Positions 12,984 to 25,950 of a stretch of 64,000 nucleotides of DNA are shown here, one piece after another; position 1 is the stretch's first letter; each line of letters begins with the position of its first letter. The notes below the pieces were generated by a model. The model was given only the letters and a program-made list of their open reading frames with translations, was not told the DNA's origin and ran no database searches. Origin of the DNA: Selaginella moellendorffii (Eukaryota; Plantae; Lycopodiophyta); assembly GCF_000143415.4 (NCBI RefSeq), contig NW_003314340.1:614161-678160 (forward strand), read 5' to 3'. Position numbers and translations under genes: made by a program.

Positions 12984-14220
12984 TCATGATATCGATGCCT
13001 CTGAACTCAACCTTTGGTAGAACGTAGAACCACAGATCTTTCCAATTCTTTCCAGGGATGGTGGATCAAAACTCTTGACATTCTGGAAGAAGAAGAAGAG
13101 GAGATTCTCGTTTGTAAAAACGAGTTGTCGAGAAATTGGTCGTAGCTGCGAGGCAAAGCCCAGAAATCCGGAGAGAACTGTTCGTAGAAGTCTGCAAAGA
13201 AATAAAGGGATCATGAAAAACAAATGCACAAGTGTGGCAAACTTGGTTCCACGGCCGGAGCTTCTGGATCTGGCACTTTGCTGCCACGAGTAGATCATTG
13301 TCGTTTGATTCCTCATCTCGTGGTGCCACTGCCACAAGTTGATCGTCAGGCTCCAGTGTTTGATATGGCACAGCCACAAGATAGTCGTCTTTTCCCTGCT
13401 CGTCGAGATCTGGCACTGCTGCACCTCCTGTCGGATCCTTGTCCTCCTCTTTAGGCTCGACTATCCAATTGTCAACTTCTGCCTCGTCGTCTTCACTTTT
13501 GAGCCACATCGATCATCGGATCATCCTCTTCTATCTGTGCGTAGTCCTCTTCTACCACTGCATTGTCGTCTTCTTCTTCTTCTCTCACTGCATGGTCATC
13601 TGCTTCTATCACTGCGTGCTCATCTTCTTCTCATACTTCTTCCATACCTTCTGAACTTGCTGTGCCGTCTCGGAGGAGCTCCTGCACCGCTTCGTCCCAC
13701 GAAGTTTGGATTTCCACTGGACTCGTCTTCTTCTCTTACTTCCTCCATAGCTAGACCACCTTCCGAGCTTATTGTGTCATTTTCGTTGTCTCGGGGGAGC
13801 TCCTGCCCCCCTTCAGCCCACGAAAATTGGATCTCCGCTTCGACCATCGTTGGATCGTCGTGTCGAGAGAACTGATGCGCCTCCTCGAAAGCCCATGGAT
13901 GCCAACTCCTGTACTTATGGAAATCGCCAAAGGAGTGTGCGACCATTTCTACCGCCTGAGCTACACGTACCGCCTGGTAGCACAGCAGCCTGCCATATAA
14001 ATCGCCCAAGCTGGCCGCCGTCATTGTCACAGGAGAAACCTGGGCGTTCTCTGGTCCATGAAGGCTTGCCATCGAAATAGTCGCCCTCGGCTGGTCTGGC
14101 GGAGTCCCGTGGAAGCTTGCCATCGAAATAGTTGCGTGAGATGGCGTCCGCTATTCCGCTTAGAGAGAAATCCTGCGTTGCCTCCCACACCTGGACGTTG
14201 GAATCGCTAGCGCTCAAGCT
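12984..14220 (-). other. Possible lineage-specific acidic low-complexity gene or gene fragment
   Basis: Overlapping GC-rich minus-strand ORFs (13066-13509, 13620-14123) with short internal duplications; no recognised domain. Confidence 0.25.
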
Positions 14221-14516
14221 GGTCGGATCATCCGTTGCTACTGGCCCATAATCTCCTGTCGCTGCTTCGCCACTGATCGCCGCATGGGACTGAATGCTGC
14301 GGAGGAGATCAAACCCGGAGCCTGGACTGCTAGCACCAAAGGCTTGGTCTTTTGTTGCGACCGCTGGAATGAAGTGTTTTAAATGCGGTCAATAGTGGTC
14401 AAAACACTTTCTTATTGAATCAACATGCGAGGTTGTGCTCATAGCACGGGAGCGCCCCAAGAAGGATGGCAAAAATATCGATTCATTCATTGCTAATGAG
14501 TTTTCTTTCATCCATG

Positions 14517-15194
14517 GCAGCGTTTGAATGGAGAAAGCCCGAGAGTATGGGGAAACAGATTGAAGCGTTTGCTGAGAAAATCAACATCACATGGTAAGCT
14601 AGAGGGATGCGCTACTTCGAATGCCGATGTCCAGGACGAATTCTCGGCGACTCCTGCCGAAACTCCACTTCCCAAGCGCAATCTTTGAATGAGACAGTAA
14701 GTTATCAAGTTTACTACATGATTATTTGATCTCTTGCTCTTGTCTTGTGTTATTCTTTCGGCCAAGCAGCATCCAACGTGACGATCCCGAGCCTGGTCCT
14801 TCAAAAGAGGAAGTGAAACTCGACAGTGCCACTCACGAATTCGTTGGAAAGCATAGGTACTTTCTCTTTGTTTTTCTGGATCGTACTTTAATCTCTTCTT
14901 TTGCTCAGGCGACTCCAGGACGATCTAACAGATGAAACGGTGGCGTTAGCTCGACACATGAGAGAGTCGACACTGCTCATGCAGACAAAGTTTGTTCCAA
15001 GTCATTTCCAAGAATTGTTCCTGTGTTTTTTCAGGATTCTTTCTTTTCCTTCTGACATGATTTGTTGCTCTGTCCAGGTTGTGGATGCCGCTGGCGAGGC
15101 TGTAGAGCGAAGCTTGGCCTCCGCGAACCATGTGACTCGAAGAGCCGGCGAGCTCTACTCACGAGGCTTTAGCACTGGATCCTCATATTCATGA
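14517..15194 (+). pseudogene. USE1: Truncated USE1-like Qc-SNARE fragment
   Basis: Spliced fragments VKLDSATHEFVGKHR|RLQDDLTDETVALARHMRESTLLMQ..|VVDAAGEAVERSLASANHVTRRAGELYS; no C-terminal TM anchor or clear N-terminus seen. Confidence 0.65.
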
Positions 15195-15759
15195 TCGCAG
15201 TCATCCGGATCAATTGATGATGATGTTCTCTCTTTTCTAGACCGATAGTCAAGGCATGGCCAAGGTAGGAACGAATGCAACGGTAACATTGCTTACTCCC
15301 TTCATCAAAGTTTTCTCATCTTTCAAGAGCTCGCCCTGGTCGAGCAGAATGTGTTGGCGCTTCGTCAAGAAGAACCTCCATCTCAATGAGCCTTTATCCA
15401 CCCTGTGTTAGTCGCTCCCCGAAAACAGGGACGAGCTCCCCAATGGAATCATAAACCATAGCATGCTGGTCATAATTACATGGTAATGTTCTGACCTTTT
15501 AACTCTAATGATATCCTCTGAGCATTGATATCAAATTCTCCATACATTCGTGAGTGGATTTCCAACAGCTAGAGTCGTCGCCTCGCTGCCAGCCTCGTCC
15601 AGATCCTCCAGCCTCCCACACACAAGCCCCAGCGAGCACGCCAGGAGCGTAGGAGGCATGCCAACTAGAAACTTTCGTTTAGAGTGTCTTCTATAAAATG
15701 AACTTGATTTATTTTAGAGTGTGTAGTTTTGATGTGATTCATGACGGCCAAGCTGGCGT

Positions 15760-17718
15760 ATGCCTCTCACTAGCGAGCTTGCAATCGCAAGCTCGCCCTC
15801 TACACTAGCAGAAGAAATTCGATGCGTGACCGATGCGACCGACGCGGCAACATATGCCAGCATCCTCCGCAAGTGCTGCGTCGAGAAATCTCTCGAGCAA
15901 GCCCGGCTAGCGCACTCCAAGCTGCGCAAGAGCGAGCACCGGGACAGTCGATTCATTCAGAACTTGCTGGTGGAGATGTATGGCAAGTGTGGCAACACCC
16001 AAGATGCGTCCTTGGTCTTCGACTTGGAATGTCATGGTTTCTGCCATGGCCAAGAACAAGCAGCATGCCCAAGCCATCGAAGTTTTCCGGAGAATGCTGT
16101 TCGATGGAACCAGGCCACACAAAGTAACGTATCTCAGTGCTCTTGATGCTTGCTCGGGCTTGAGCGTTGATATTGGAAGACAAATCCACAGGCTTATCAA
16201 GGAGAGTGGGAGGTGTGGCGGGATCGACGAAGCAAAGATGGTGTTTTCGAGCATGGAGGTACGAGATGTTGTCTCCTGGAACTCTTTCCTCTCTGCATAT
16301 GCCCGTAATGGGTATTCCATTCGAGTTTTGGGATTGTTTGAGGAGATGGATGTGAAGCCGGACAAGGTGACTTACCTTGCGGTTCTAGACGCATGCGCCA
16401 CAATGGCTGCTTTGCAACGAGGAAAAGAGATCCACCATCGCATAGCTGTGGAGGACGAGCAGCTTCTCTCGGACACGATGCTTGGGAACTCGCTGCTCAA
16501 CATGTATGGCAAATGCCAAAGCGTGGACGACGCAGCTAAACTTTTTGAGTCGATCCATGGTCGCAGGAGCGTTGTCACTTGGACAGGGATGATATCGATC
16601 TACGCTCAAAACAGCCATGGCTGGGACGCTTTGAGATTGTTTGGAGAGATGGACCAGGAAGGGTGAAGGCAAACGTGGTTAGCTTTGTGACGATCTTGGA
16701 TGCTTGTGCCGATGTTGGTGCGCTAGAAAAGGGCCGAGAATTGCACGCTCGGATCGTCCAAGCTGGGCTCTCGAGCAGCGTGATCCTGGGGACAGTGTGA
16801 TGAACATGTATACGAAGTGTGGGAGCTTGGAGGATGCTAGAAGTTTGTTTGAGATCCTTCTTCACGACAATGTGGCCTGGAACACACTGATGACGATGTT
16901 TGTCAAGCATGAAAAATTCAGTGATGTTCTACACTTGCTTTGCACGAAGGCTTAAGGCCGGACGAGATCACTTATCTCAACGTTGTAACCTCGTTGGAAA
17001 CTCCAAACACTCCACTCCTTGATCGCGTCTTTGCGAGGATTGTCTCCAATGGTTTAGAATCCAATCCCTTCGTGGGTCATGCTCTCGTGAGCTTGCATTG
17101 TCGGAGTGGAAACTTGGAGCAAGCCAGGAAGATTTTCGATCTAGTGGAGAGACGACGAGTGGTTGCATGGACGGCCATGCTGTGTGGATTTGCCGAGAGA
17201 GGACTCGGGAGAGAAGCTCTCCACCTTTTGAGGGAGGGTATAAAGCCTGACTCGGTGACTTTCATTGGATGCTTGCGCTAGCCTTGCGTGCCTTACACGA
17301 GGAAGAAACATCCACCAAAGAATCGAGAGAATCTATGGGTCTCAACTCGACACAAACCTTGGAAACGCACTTGTAAACGTGTATGGAAAGTGTGGCAACT
17401 TGGTTCTAGCAAGAGAAACGTTCCAGTCGATGAGAAAAGATTTGTCTCTTGGAATGCCATGATCGCAGCGTATGCCATAACGGGCATGGCAGTGAAACCG
17501 TGGAGCTCTTGCTAGAGTTGAGCTTGGAAGGGATAGAACCCGACCACATAACTTTGTTGGGAGTGATTTTTGGTTGTGGCAATGCTGGGCTCTTGGAAGA
17601 TGGGCTCGAGTACCTGACGAGGATATGTGATGACTATGGATTGATCCCACAAATGAATCACTATGGCTGCATGGTTGATCTACTTGGAAAGGCTGGGTGG
17701 CTTTCTCTCCTGGACTGA
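15760..17718 (+). pseudogene. PLS-class pentatricopeptide repeat pseudogene
   Basis: Repeated NLLVEMYGKCG / DVVSWN / PDKVTYLAVLDAC motifs and HYGCMVDLLGKAGWL, split across at least six ORFs by frameshifts and stops. Confidence 0.9.
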
Positions 17719-20560
17719 TTCTAGCTGCATACTCTTGATCTGATAATCTTTCTTCGCACGCACGCAAGAGAATATAGCTATGGCTTTCCCTGTAACAAGC
17801 ATAACACTGTCATCGGCCGGGATGCAAACTAAGTCAAAGTACCTGGAAACCATCCACAGTGTGTGCTCCCTGTTTCGCGGCGTTCGATGTCATGCCACAC
17901 TCGCTCGGTTTTCACCATCCTCCGTAAAACTCTTTTCTCGAATCTGAAATGCTTATACGCGTGAGACAATGGCAATGCATTGGGCGGATTGGATGCTTAC
18001 TTGAGGATGCATTCGATATTGTGTGTTGTACCCAGCTTTTTGGAAACGCTTAAACATGCTTCTTCCATATCTGGTCCACAGAGAGAGCGGGCTGCCACAA
18101 AAGCAGCGTTTTGGCGAAGTGGTCTTTCTTGTTCGCTCGAACACAAGAATATAGCTCCGGCTTTCTCACGTCCCTAAAAGAAGAAACGAAATTTACGCAC
18201 GAAGACGCCAAGTCTGTGAAGTACCTGAAAGCCATCCACGTCGATAAGTCGAGCAGCCTGGACTTCAGCATAGCAACTCTTCAGCTCCAGATCTTAAGCG
18301 ATTGGGATGGCGATACCCATGCCGGAGCAGTCTGCTGCTCGTAAACTTCTTTCTCGAATCCGTGATGCATGCCTGAGACAATGCAATCTATTGGACAGAA
18401 CGGATGATGCATTCGATAATACGTGCTAGTGCGTTGAACATTTTTCACGAATCTTCACAGCCTGGTGAAAACAAAAATACGAGGAATGTCACAAAGCCGG
18501 GAGATACACAAGAAAAACAAACTTGAAAGAAATGAGAGTTCGCTTACCTTGAAAAACACACCAGCCGGATCCACAAGAGAGTAAAATCTTCTGGAGCTTC
18601 CAAAAGGCAGAACATCACCCAGCCACGGAGCTAGCCTGCAAAATGGAATGACGGTTTTCTTGCGAGAGAATCCACTCGAACGATGCCGCTCTTGTGGATG
18701 CTCTACGACTGAGAAACGCAAGAATGGAGTTACCAGAAACTGGCCGAGGAGGCCGATGTCGAAACTTCTTCGTTTTGTTCCGGGTTTTCGATCGATCTTT
18801 ACTTGTGTGTTTTCCGCGACGCCGGCGCGATCAAGAACGACACTGGATGGATGCCGCTGGAACGATCAAGATCAACGACGAAGTTGCGGCATACAAGACC
18901 TACCTCAGCTTGAATCCTTCGCGCCCGATGCTCTGCGCCACTAATCCAAGAGATTGCGCTCCGAGATGGAGCTGCGGAAGCTCAAGAAGTGCCGGATTCC
19001 TCGCCCCTTTCGCTGTGAGAGGATTCACTCAGCGCGCGCTGCGAGCGCTATAATACCCTAAAGTCGTGAAGAGCTATGGCACCACGAGTATACGTTCTCA
19101 AGAACTTCGAGGAGGCCTCGGCCAGCGCCCGCATCGCCGCCCACATTGCCGCTACATCGCCTCGTCCGAGTTCGTCAGCGTTGCTGCCACCGCCACCGCC
19201 GATGCCAGCGTCGCCGCTATCGCCACCGGAAGTGCTGGCATCGCGGACACCATCGTTGCGAGCGGAAAACCGAGACCGCGTCCTCTGCGATCGAGCCCGA
19301 CGAAAGGGGTATGCTTTGCGGGAGAGCTCGACGCCGCTCATCCTCCGAGGATTCTCATTCTCGCCAGCAGCATCATCGCGATTCGCTGATAGCCGTTCGA
19401 GGCCGCCGAAAGGGTGCGGCTTTGAGGGAGAGATCGATAGCGCTCATCCGAGGGTTGCCGGCGCGCTCCTCGCGAAGATCATCGCAATTCGCAGCTGCAG
19501 GAAGCGGCGCCGCTGGTCGAGGCTCTCGAGCCATCTGCTGGGTCACTGGCCCGCTGCGAAGAAATTTCACGCCCCTCCGCGTCATGAGTCGAGTGTAGCG
19601 TCGGCAATCCCCCATCTTTCCAATCAAACGAAGAAGAAACACAAGATTAAAGGGCTTTTATAGCCGTTGAAAGAAAGTAGAATATTTGCTTTAGAAACTA
19701 TTTGGGTTTAGATGTAATCATCATTTTCTCAAACACAATTTACCACTTTCAAGAGCAACTTCACCTTAGACTGTGTGATTCCATATACACTAGAACAAAT
19801 ATATGTATAATCATTATTTTAGGAATGTCAAACCTCATTTACTCCAAGGACATGAGTTATTTCTTGCTATTTTGATTCTTGATGCAAGCTTCAATAATTT
19901 TGATTCTCGACCAAGTTTCAATGGAGGGAAATTGATTTATATTATGCTATAGATCCTCTAGTTGTATACTAAATCTCATGTGCAATGCATCAGTTGCCCA
20001 ATACAATCTTAATTTATGTAGCCTTGATGATTAGATTTTGCGCCACAAAGATTTATAAATGTGCTATTATAATTGACAAATGATATTTTTTCTAATAATT
20101 ATTTAATTATTTATTAAGTCTTAATATTTATGATAAATTAAGAAATAATTTACTACGCTTTGCATGTAGCAACGCCTGGTTTAATGTTATTCTTACTATT
20201 GATCAAACAAAAGTTTATAATTATAAACGTGTTTATAGTTTATAAACACAAGATTAATCTTATTCCAGATGGTAGAATAAAAACGAATATACTAGAAAGT
20301 GTTTAAGAAAGTTTATAATTATAAATACAAAATTAATCTAAATGAATAACAACCATTAGATGGTAAAATATCCTAGAATATCCAAGCATATTCTAAGTAT
20401 ATCCACGACCATCCAAACCAAATTATTTAAACCATTTATAATAAAATCATTTCTTGCTAAATCATATTTAAAGATAAACTAAAAAACTTAAATATAATTA
20501 TTTAAATAAAAGAGAAAAAGAGTTTCATTTTAATTTTATTTATTTGAATTGAATATTTGA

Positions 20561-22238
20561 TCATTTATCTAACAAGTAAACGCCCTTTTTTTCCTGGTCA
20601 ATATACACATCCCAGTTATTGCAATACAGCATAAAGTTACCTGTATTAATAAGTTTAGTCGAAGAAAATTAATAATAACAATAATAATAACTCACAGTCT
20701 ATATGCCAGTATTTCCGCTGAATAGCCAAACACTCCTTGTATTTGTCTTCATAAATCAGCTGCAAATAAGAAAATCCGAATAAAAGTACGAAAATATAAA
20801 TATACTTACATCAACCAAGTAGAGAGCCATGTCGCTCACATGAACCATCCGAGTTTTGCCAATGTTTTCCAGGCGCGGGTTGGGAACAACATACTGCCCA
20901 TTCCAAGCTCGCCTTCGTATTGCCTGGAGCTCCTCGAGTGAGAGCTCCACCATTCTAAATTCCTCCCAGCGGGCATTCTCGCACAGGCTCACAAACACAC
21001 CACAAAACGCCTCTCCAAAGACTTGTGCTGCCGCTCGATACATGAGCTCGTCAGCTTGATCGTTGACGTCTGCATGAAGCTTGACGTGCTCCACGAATGA
21101 ACTCACGGTGGAGCCGCACAGGTTTTGGAGCTCTGCATGGTCAATCTTGCCTTTCGTGGTTCTTACCCAGGTGTAGAGCAAACGTCCCATTGTCTTGCTC
21201 ACGTCAATACACTGATAAGACCATGATTGCCGAGCATCTTGGCTCCGGCGGTGGGCTTGCGAGTGGTTGTCGAGCCAGTCGTTGATCGCATCGCTATCAC
21301 CCAAGTTTGTGTACTTTACCGCCATCACTTCCTACACAGAGAAAAGTATAAGAACTTTGATCAAGATTGACATGTAAATCTAGCATATACATACCTTCAA
21401 CATCTGGTGAACAGCAGCTGTGAGATCAATGGACTTGCAATCTATCCTCGTGACAGTGTCAAACCACTCGATGAGTTCCTCGGCCAGCTCCTCCAGTGGT
21501 GGATCCAGAGAGGTGGAGTTCTCTGCAAAGATGAGCAATGCGCTGTGTAGTTTCTCGCGGGTGGAAGGATCTGCATCTTGTGCTTGCTTCTCAAGGGTGA
21601 CCAGCCACTCGATCGATTGTGCGTAAGTCTTGTGCTGGAGCTGAACCAGCAGCCAGAGATGAACAAGATCACACACTACCTCAGTCATGTCAAAGAGCCG
21701 AGCCGCGTCTTGGATGATTGTCTGCGGCATGGAAGTGGAGGGGAGTTTCGAGACAGCCTGCACCATGGCTGGATGAAAAAACAAAGTTAGAAACAACTAT
21801 CTGCATTAGAGTCAATACATACCTGTGAGTGCTTCTTCAGTCTCATTTGTGTTGATGACGCAATCCTGCAAAAGCGATACTGTTAGTAAACGAAAAACAA
21901 AACATTGAACATATTAGTACCCCATGGTTACGAAACATTTCTTCAACTACTCGAAAGGCAAAGGAAAAGGGTGGCAGGTTCTGCCCATAGTAATCAGCTG
22001 CAAATATTGCGAGCAGCACAACATCCGGTATGGGCATTTCAAGGACGTGACGAACAGCCTGATGCCAAATCTTCCACCTCAGATCACAAACTTCGACCTT
22101 TTGCTGGGATGTTATGTGATAGAAGGCGAGCGAGTCGGTGTTGAGGTGAAAGTAGGAGAAGAGAGGCCTCACAATGCTCTCCACCTGTTTGCCAGCGTCC
22201 GTTTGCCTCCAATTGGAAAAAGGATTCTCCATTGTCAT
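20561..22238 (-). CDS. Hypothetical protein (6 predicted exons), no recognised family
   Basis: ORFs 21843-22238, 21380-21796 and 20756-21328 join in frame through GT-AG introns; two small 3' exons end at TGA 20561-20563; TATA-like sequence ~22265. Confidence 0.65.
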
Positions 22239-22400
22239 CTCAGTTTCCCCTAGGGGAAAACTTATATAAAACGGAAAAGGAAAAAGGAATATTTGAATGC
22301 CTTAAAGATAAGGAATTTTTTTTTGCTGTTAAACACTGAAAGCTCAAAGATAATGTTTTGGCATGAATTTGATTAATACAGGCGTATATCACATTTGGAT

Positions 22401-25400
22401 TTACATATCAGAGTGAAGCTCGCTATCTCTCGAGTTGCTGCCCAGCGAAGGAACGGTGATGGCCATGAAGGAATAAGCAGGCAAGGTTATTCCCATTTGG
22501 TTTTTCCCAGACATTGTCACAGTCTTGGGAACCACCTGAGGAAAAATCAAGACACAGCAAAGTTTACTAAGAACTTTCTTTCTTTTTTTCTGTATAGCTG
22601 ACCTTCGTGGGATTGCTGAAAGAATTTTCATCCATGACGTTGTTTGACGTGAGAATCACAGCAGTGGAGTTTGCAGAATTCCAGAATGATCCATCAATGT
22701 TGAGCTTAAGCCCCACTGCTTTGTTTCCAAAGTTCACGGCCTTAACAGAAAAGAATCCATCCATTATACAAAAGAAAAAAAAAACTTTTCTTTTGCTCAC
22801 CTTTACGATGATGGATGGATCGTTTGTGTCTGAAGAACGAATTGCCGAAGTTACCACGCTATTAACATTGGTACTGCCCGTAATGTTGGAGGGTAAGAGT
22901 GTAGCTCCACTTGAGAGCTTGAAGAACTTTTGGACCCAGTAGCTTGGCGTTCCATACGATTGCCACGAGTCGTAGACTATAGAATCTGGATTCCATCTAT
23001 AATCAAGTGCCAAAGCCAGTGCATAGTCCTTGATTAAAATCATTGCAGTTCTTGAAAACTTTCTATCATACCTGCGATCGTTGTTATTTACAAAGAGGGG
23101 AGCGTAGCTTGTCATATGTACAACATCACTGTGGTAGAAAAAGTTAGCTCGAAAACTTTTTCTAATGGAAGTTACCTGTTTCGCTCAATGCCAATCAAGA
23201 ATGCTGCTTCTGCGAGTGCAGCCAAGAGACTCCCGCGGCCAGCATCGTTGCCAGTGACCGCGTACTCACTCACAAACGCCTAAAAAATCGAAGAAAACAG
23301 TTAGAAATGGGAAGAACGTCACTAAAGCTATACCTTTGGTCCATCGTTTCTAGATATCTTATCGAACTGGTGATTCATATTGAAGAGATTGCTAGCGGAC
23401 GTATAAATCTGAGAAAAGCACGCATTAAAACATGTATCTGTACTAAATCAGCTTTTTATGTACGTGGAAATCGTAGAGGTCGGCTGGATGGTCGAGTTGT
23501 CTGTACGATCCATCGCAGTTTGTGACAATGCTAATATCGGGGTAGTATTTCTTGATGGCATAGTAGAATTGGAGATAATTGTCTGCTCATTGGATAGACC
23601 AATCAAAAGAAGAACAAAAATAAAGAACTCGAAAGAGTCATTACCTCTATAGTACTGCTTTCCACAGTCCTCGTTTCCTATCGCGACATACTTGAGATTA
23701 AAAGGCTCTGGATGACCCATCTTAGCACGCAATGCTCCATATTTGCTAGAGCTGGAGCCAAGAGCAAATTCCAGCCCATCCAGAGCTTCCTGGATGCAAG
23801 AACCATCAGAATCTCCTCAAAAGCTTAAACCTTATAATACATCTCACGACGTAGTACCTGGACGAAAGGTCCAATAAGTGAAGTAGCAACTTCATCCGTG
23901 TGACTAACGCCTGATAGAGAATCAAAGTTATGCTTGGAAGTTTGTCAAGAGTTCTTTGTTTGCGTACCATTGTTGAATACCCATATTGGCAATGCGTCCA
24001 AGTCTTCTGCAAGCTAGAATGATAGAAACTTGTCCTGTTAGAGTCCGCTGGAAGCAAGACAAACTTCCAAGCTAGAAAACTTACTTGGAGGAACTCAAAG
24101 TAGCCGATTCCATCGTCGGACCAGTACCCCCACACGTCGCCGAGATGGCCGGGCCTTTCTTCCCATGGACCAACCGAGGCTCGCCATCTCCAAGCATTTT
24201 GGAGTCTCTCACCTTCAACATAGCATCCTCCTGCCAAAGTTGATATCACAGACATACACAAAAATCTCTTGAGAATTTCAGCTGGCCAAAATATTTGAGC
24301 TGCAAACCTGGGAATCGAATGAAGCGAGGCTTGAGTTCTTCGAGCATGAGAGCCAAATCTTTTCTAAAGCCGTGTCCCTGGAGCCAGAAGGAAAGAAAAG
24401 GACGAGGAATAAGAGCTTCGTTTTTATTTTGGTTTTTATGAGACTAACTTACCTTGTAAGTTTCCACAGGCATCGCGGAGACTTGATCAATCCAAAAGAC
24501 TGTTTTTTCTTTGCTTGTGATTGTGAGCTGGGCATAATGATCTGTGGCTTGTGCTTTCAAGACGATCTCCTGCTTTGTCCACCCCTTCGTGCCATCGCTG
24601 AAAACTCTACAAAGTTAGACAAAGAAAAACAAATAGTTCCATCAAACCAAAAGAAAACTCACACGTTGATCGTGTCACTTTGAGCCAGTGTCACAGAACT
24701 GTCGGAAGATACAAAGGAGACAACGACACTGCTGGATGTGGCTGCTTTCAACCAGAAAATAATTTTGTACTCGTCTCCAGCACGAACGTCCTATAGGATG
24801 ATCCAATACAAACTCATTAAAAAACCAAAGAATTCGGAGAACTGAGAAGATGAAAGCGAGCTCACCATTCCCCAGTAGCCAGGATTGGCTACACCAACAG
24901 GAGCCTGGCAGCTATCGCACAAAACCTCCACTCGCAAGGCGATGGGATTTCTCGCGAACGGAGAAGCACGCTCGGTGGCGAGCAAAACATCCGAGGAGCT
25001 TCCAACCGGGGTCCATGGCGCAATGTTGGAGGGTGTGTTTTGTCCACCAGCTTCGAAGCCTTGATCCCCAAAATCTCACAAAGTCAGCAGTGGTCGAAAA
25101 AATAGAAAAAAAAGGGCAAAAAGAAGAGAGAGATGTATTCTAACCTCGATTGCTCACGAGCTCAGACCAAAGTCCACCGTTTCCAGCGTGATTGATCTCC
25201 TGGGCGAAGATGAAAACGTATCGATAGCTATTAGCGATGGCCCCAAAACGAAGAGACGAAGAGACTTTACCTCGAAAAAAATGCCAAAGAGAGTGCTTGG
25301 TATGGGCGTGCCATCGCCTTCATCCGAGAGGACATGCATGGTGATGGATCTGCCATGGGCGCAATAGATGGACAGAAAAATCACAAGCGGCAGCAAGAGG

Positions 25401-25411
25401 AGGAGCTCCAT
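22401..25411 (-). CDS. ASD1: Alpha-L-arabinofuranosidase, glycoside hydrolase family 51 (multi-exon)
   Basis: Signal peptide; LFGIFFEEINHAG; GGCYVEG; GPWEERPGHLGDVWGYWSDDGIGYFEFLQ; KYVAIGNEDCGK; SYAPLFVN; DENSFSNP. Confidence 0.93.
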
Positions 25412-25950
25412 GGATTTTTCTTCCTATCTTGTGCCTGTCTATCTTACCCAAACGCTACTGTGCTTATATAACATGGACATTGTCGTAGCTTGGACGACGC
25501 CCTTCTCTTCGGGGCTCCTCAAATCACAATCGGGCAATTGAGTAAAAGTCATCCAGAATGACTCCTTTTCTTGTCAGCTAGTCCTTCCAATCGAATTGGA
25601 TAGACATTGAAATAAAAAGATTAAGAATTTAAAAGAAAATAATTGAAGTTTTAGTTTTAGTTTATTATTATATAGAACAAAAATTTAATACAGTTTAGAA
25701 GTTAACTAAATCACCAAATTTGTGGAAGCCCAATACATATTTAAACCAATTAAAAGAAGTGCATTCTTATTCATGTGCCTTTCTCTTTATCTTTATTTGC
25801 TTATAATCGTTTTGTTTATAATCCACCATATTTAATAACATACAGATTAATAAATATTACGTGGAATATAATTGATGAGCAATCACTTTCAAAATAACTT
25901 TCAACTCAAGTTTAAGAATACACAAAACATATTTAAAATATATTATAACT

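Noticed and set aside
18694-19663. GC-rich plus-strand ORFs (119 and 195 aa)
   Set aside because: No recognisable domain or splice support; contain a degenerate duplication
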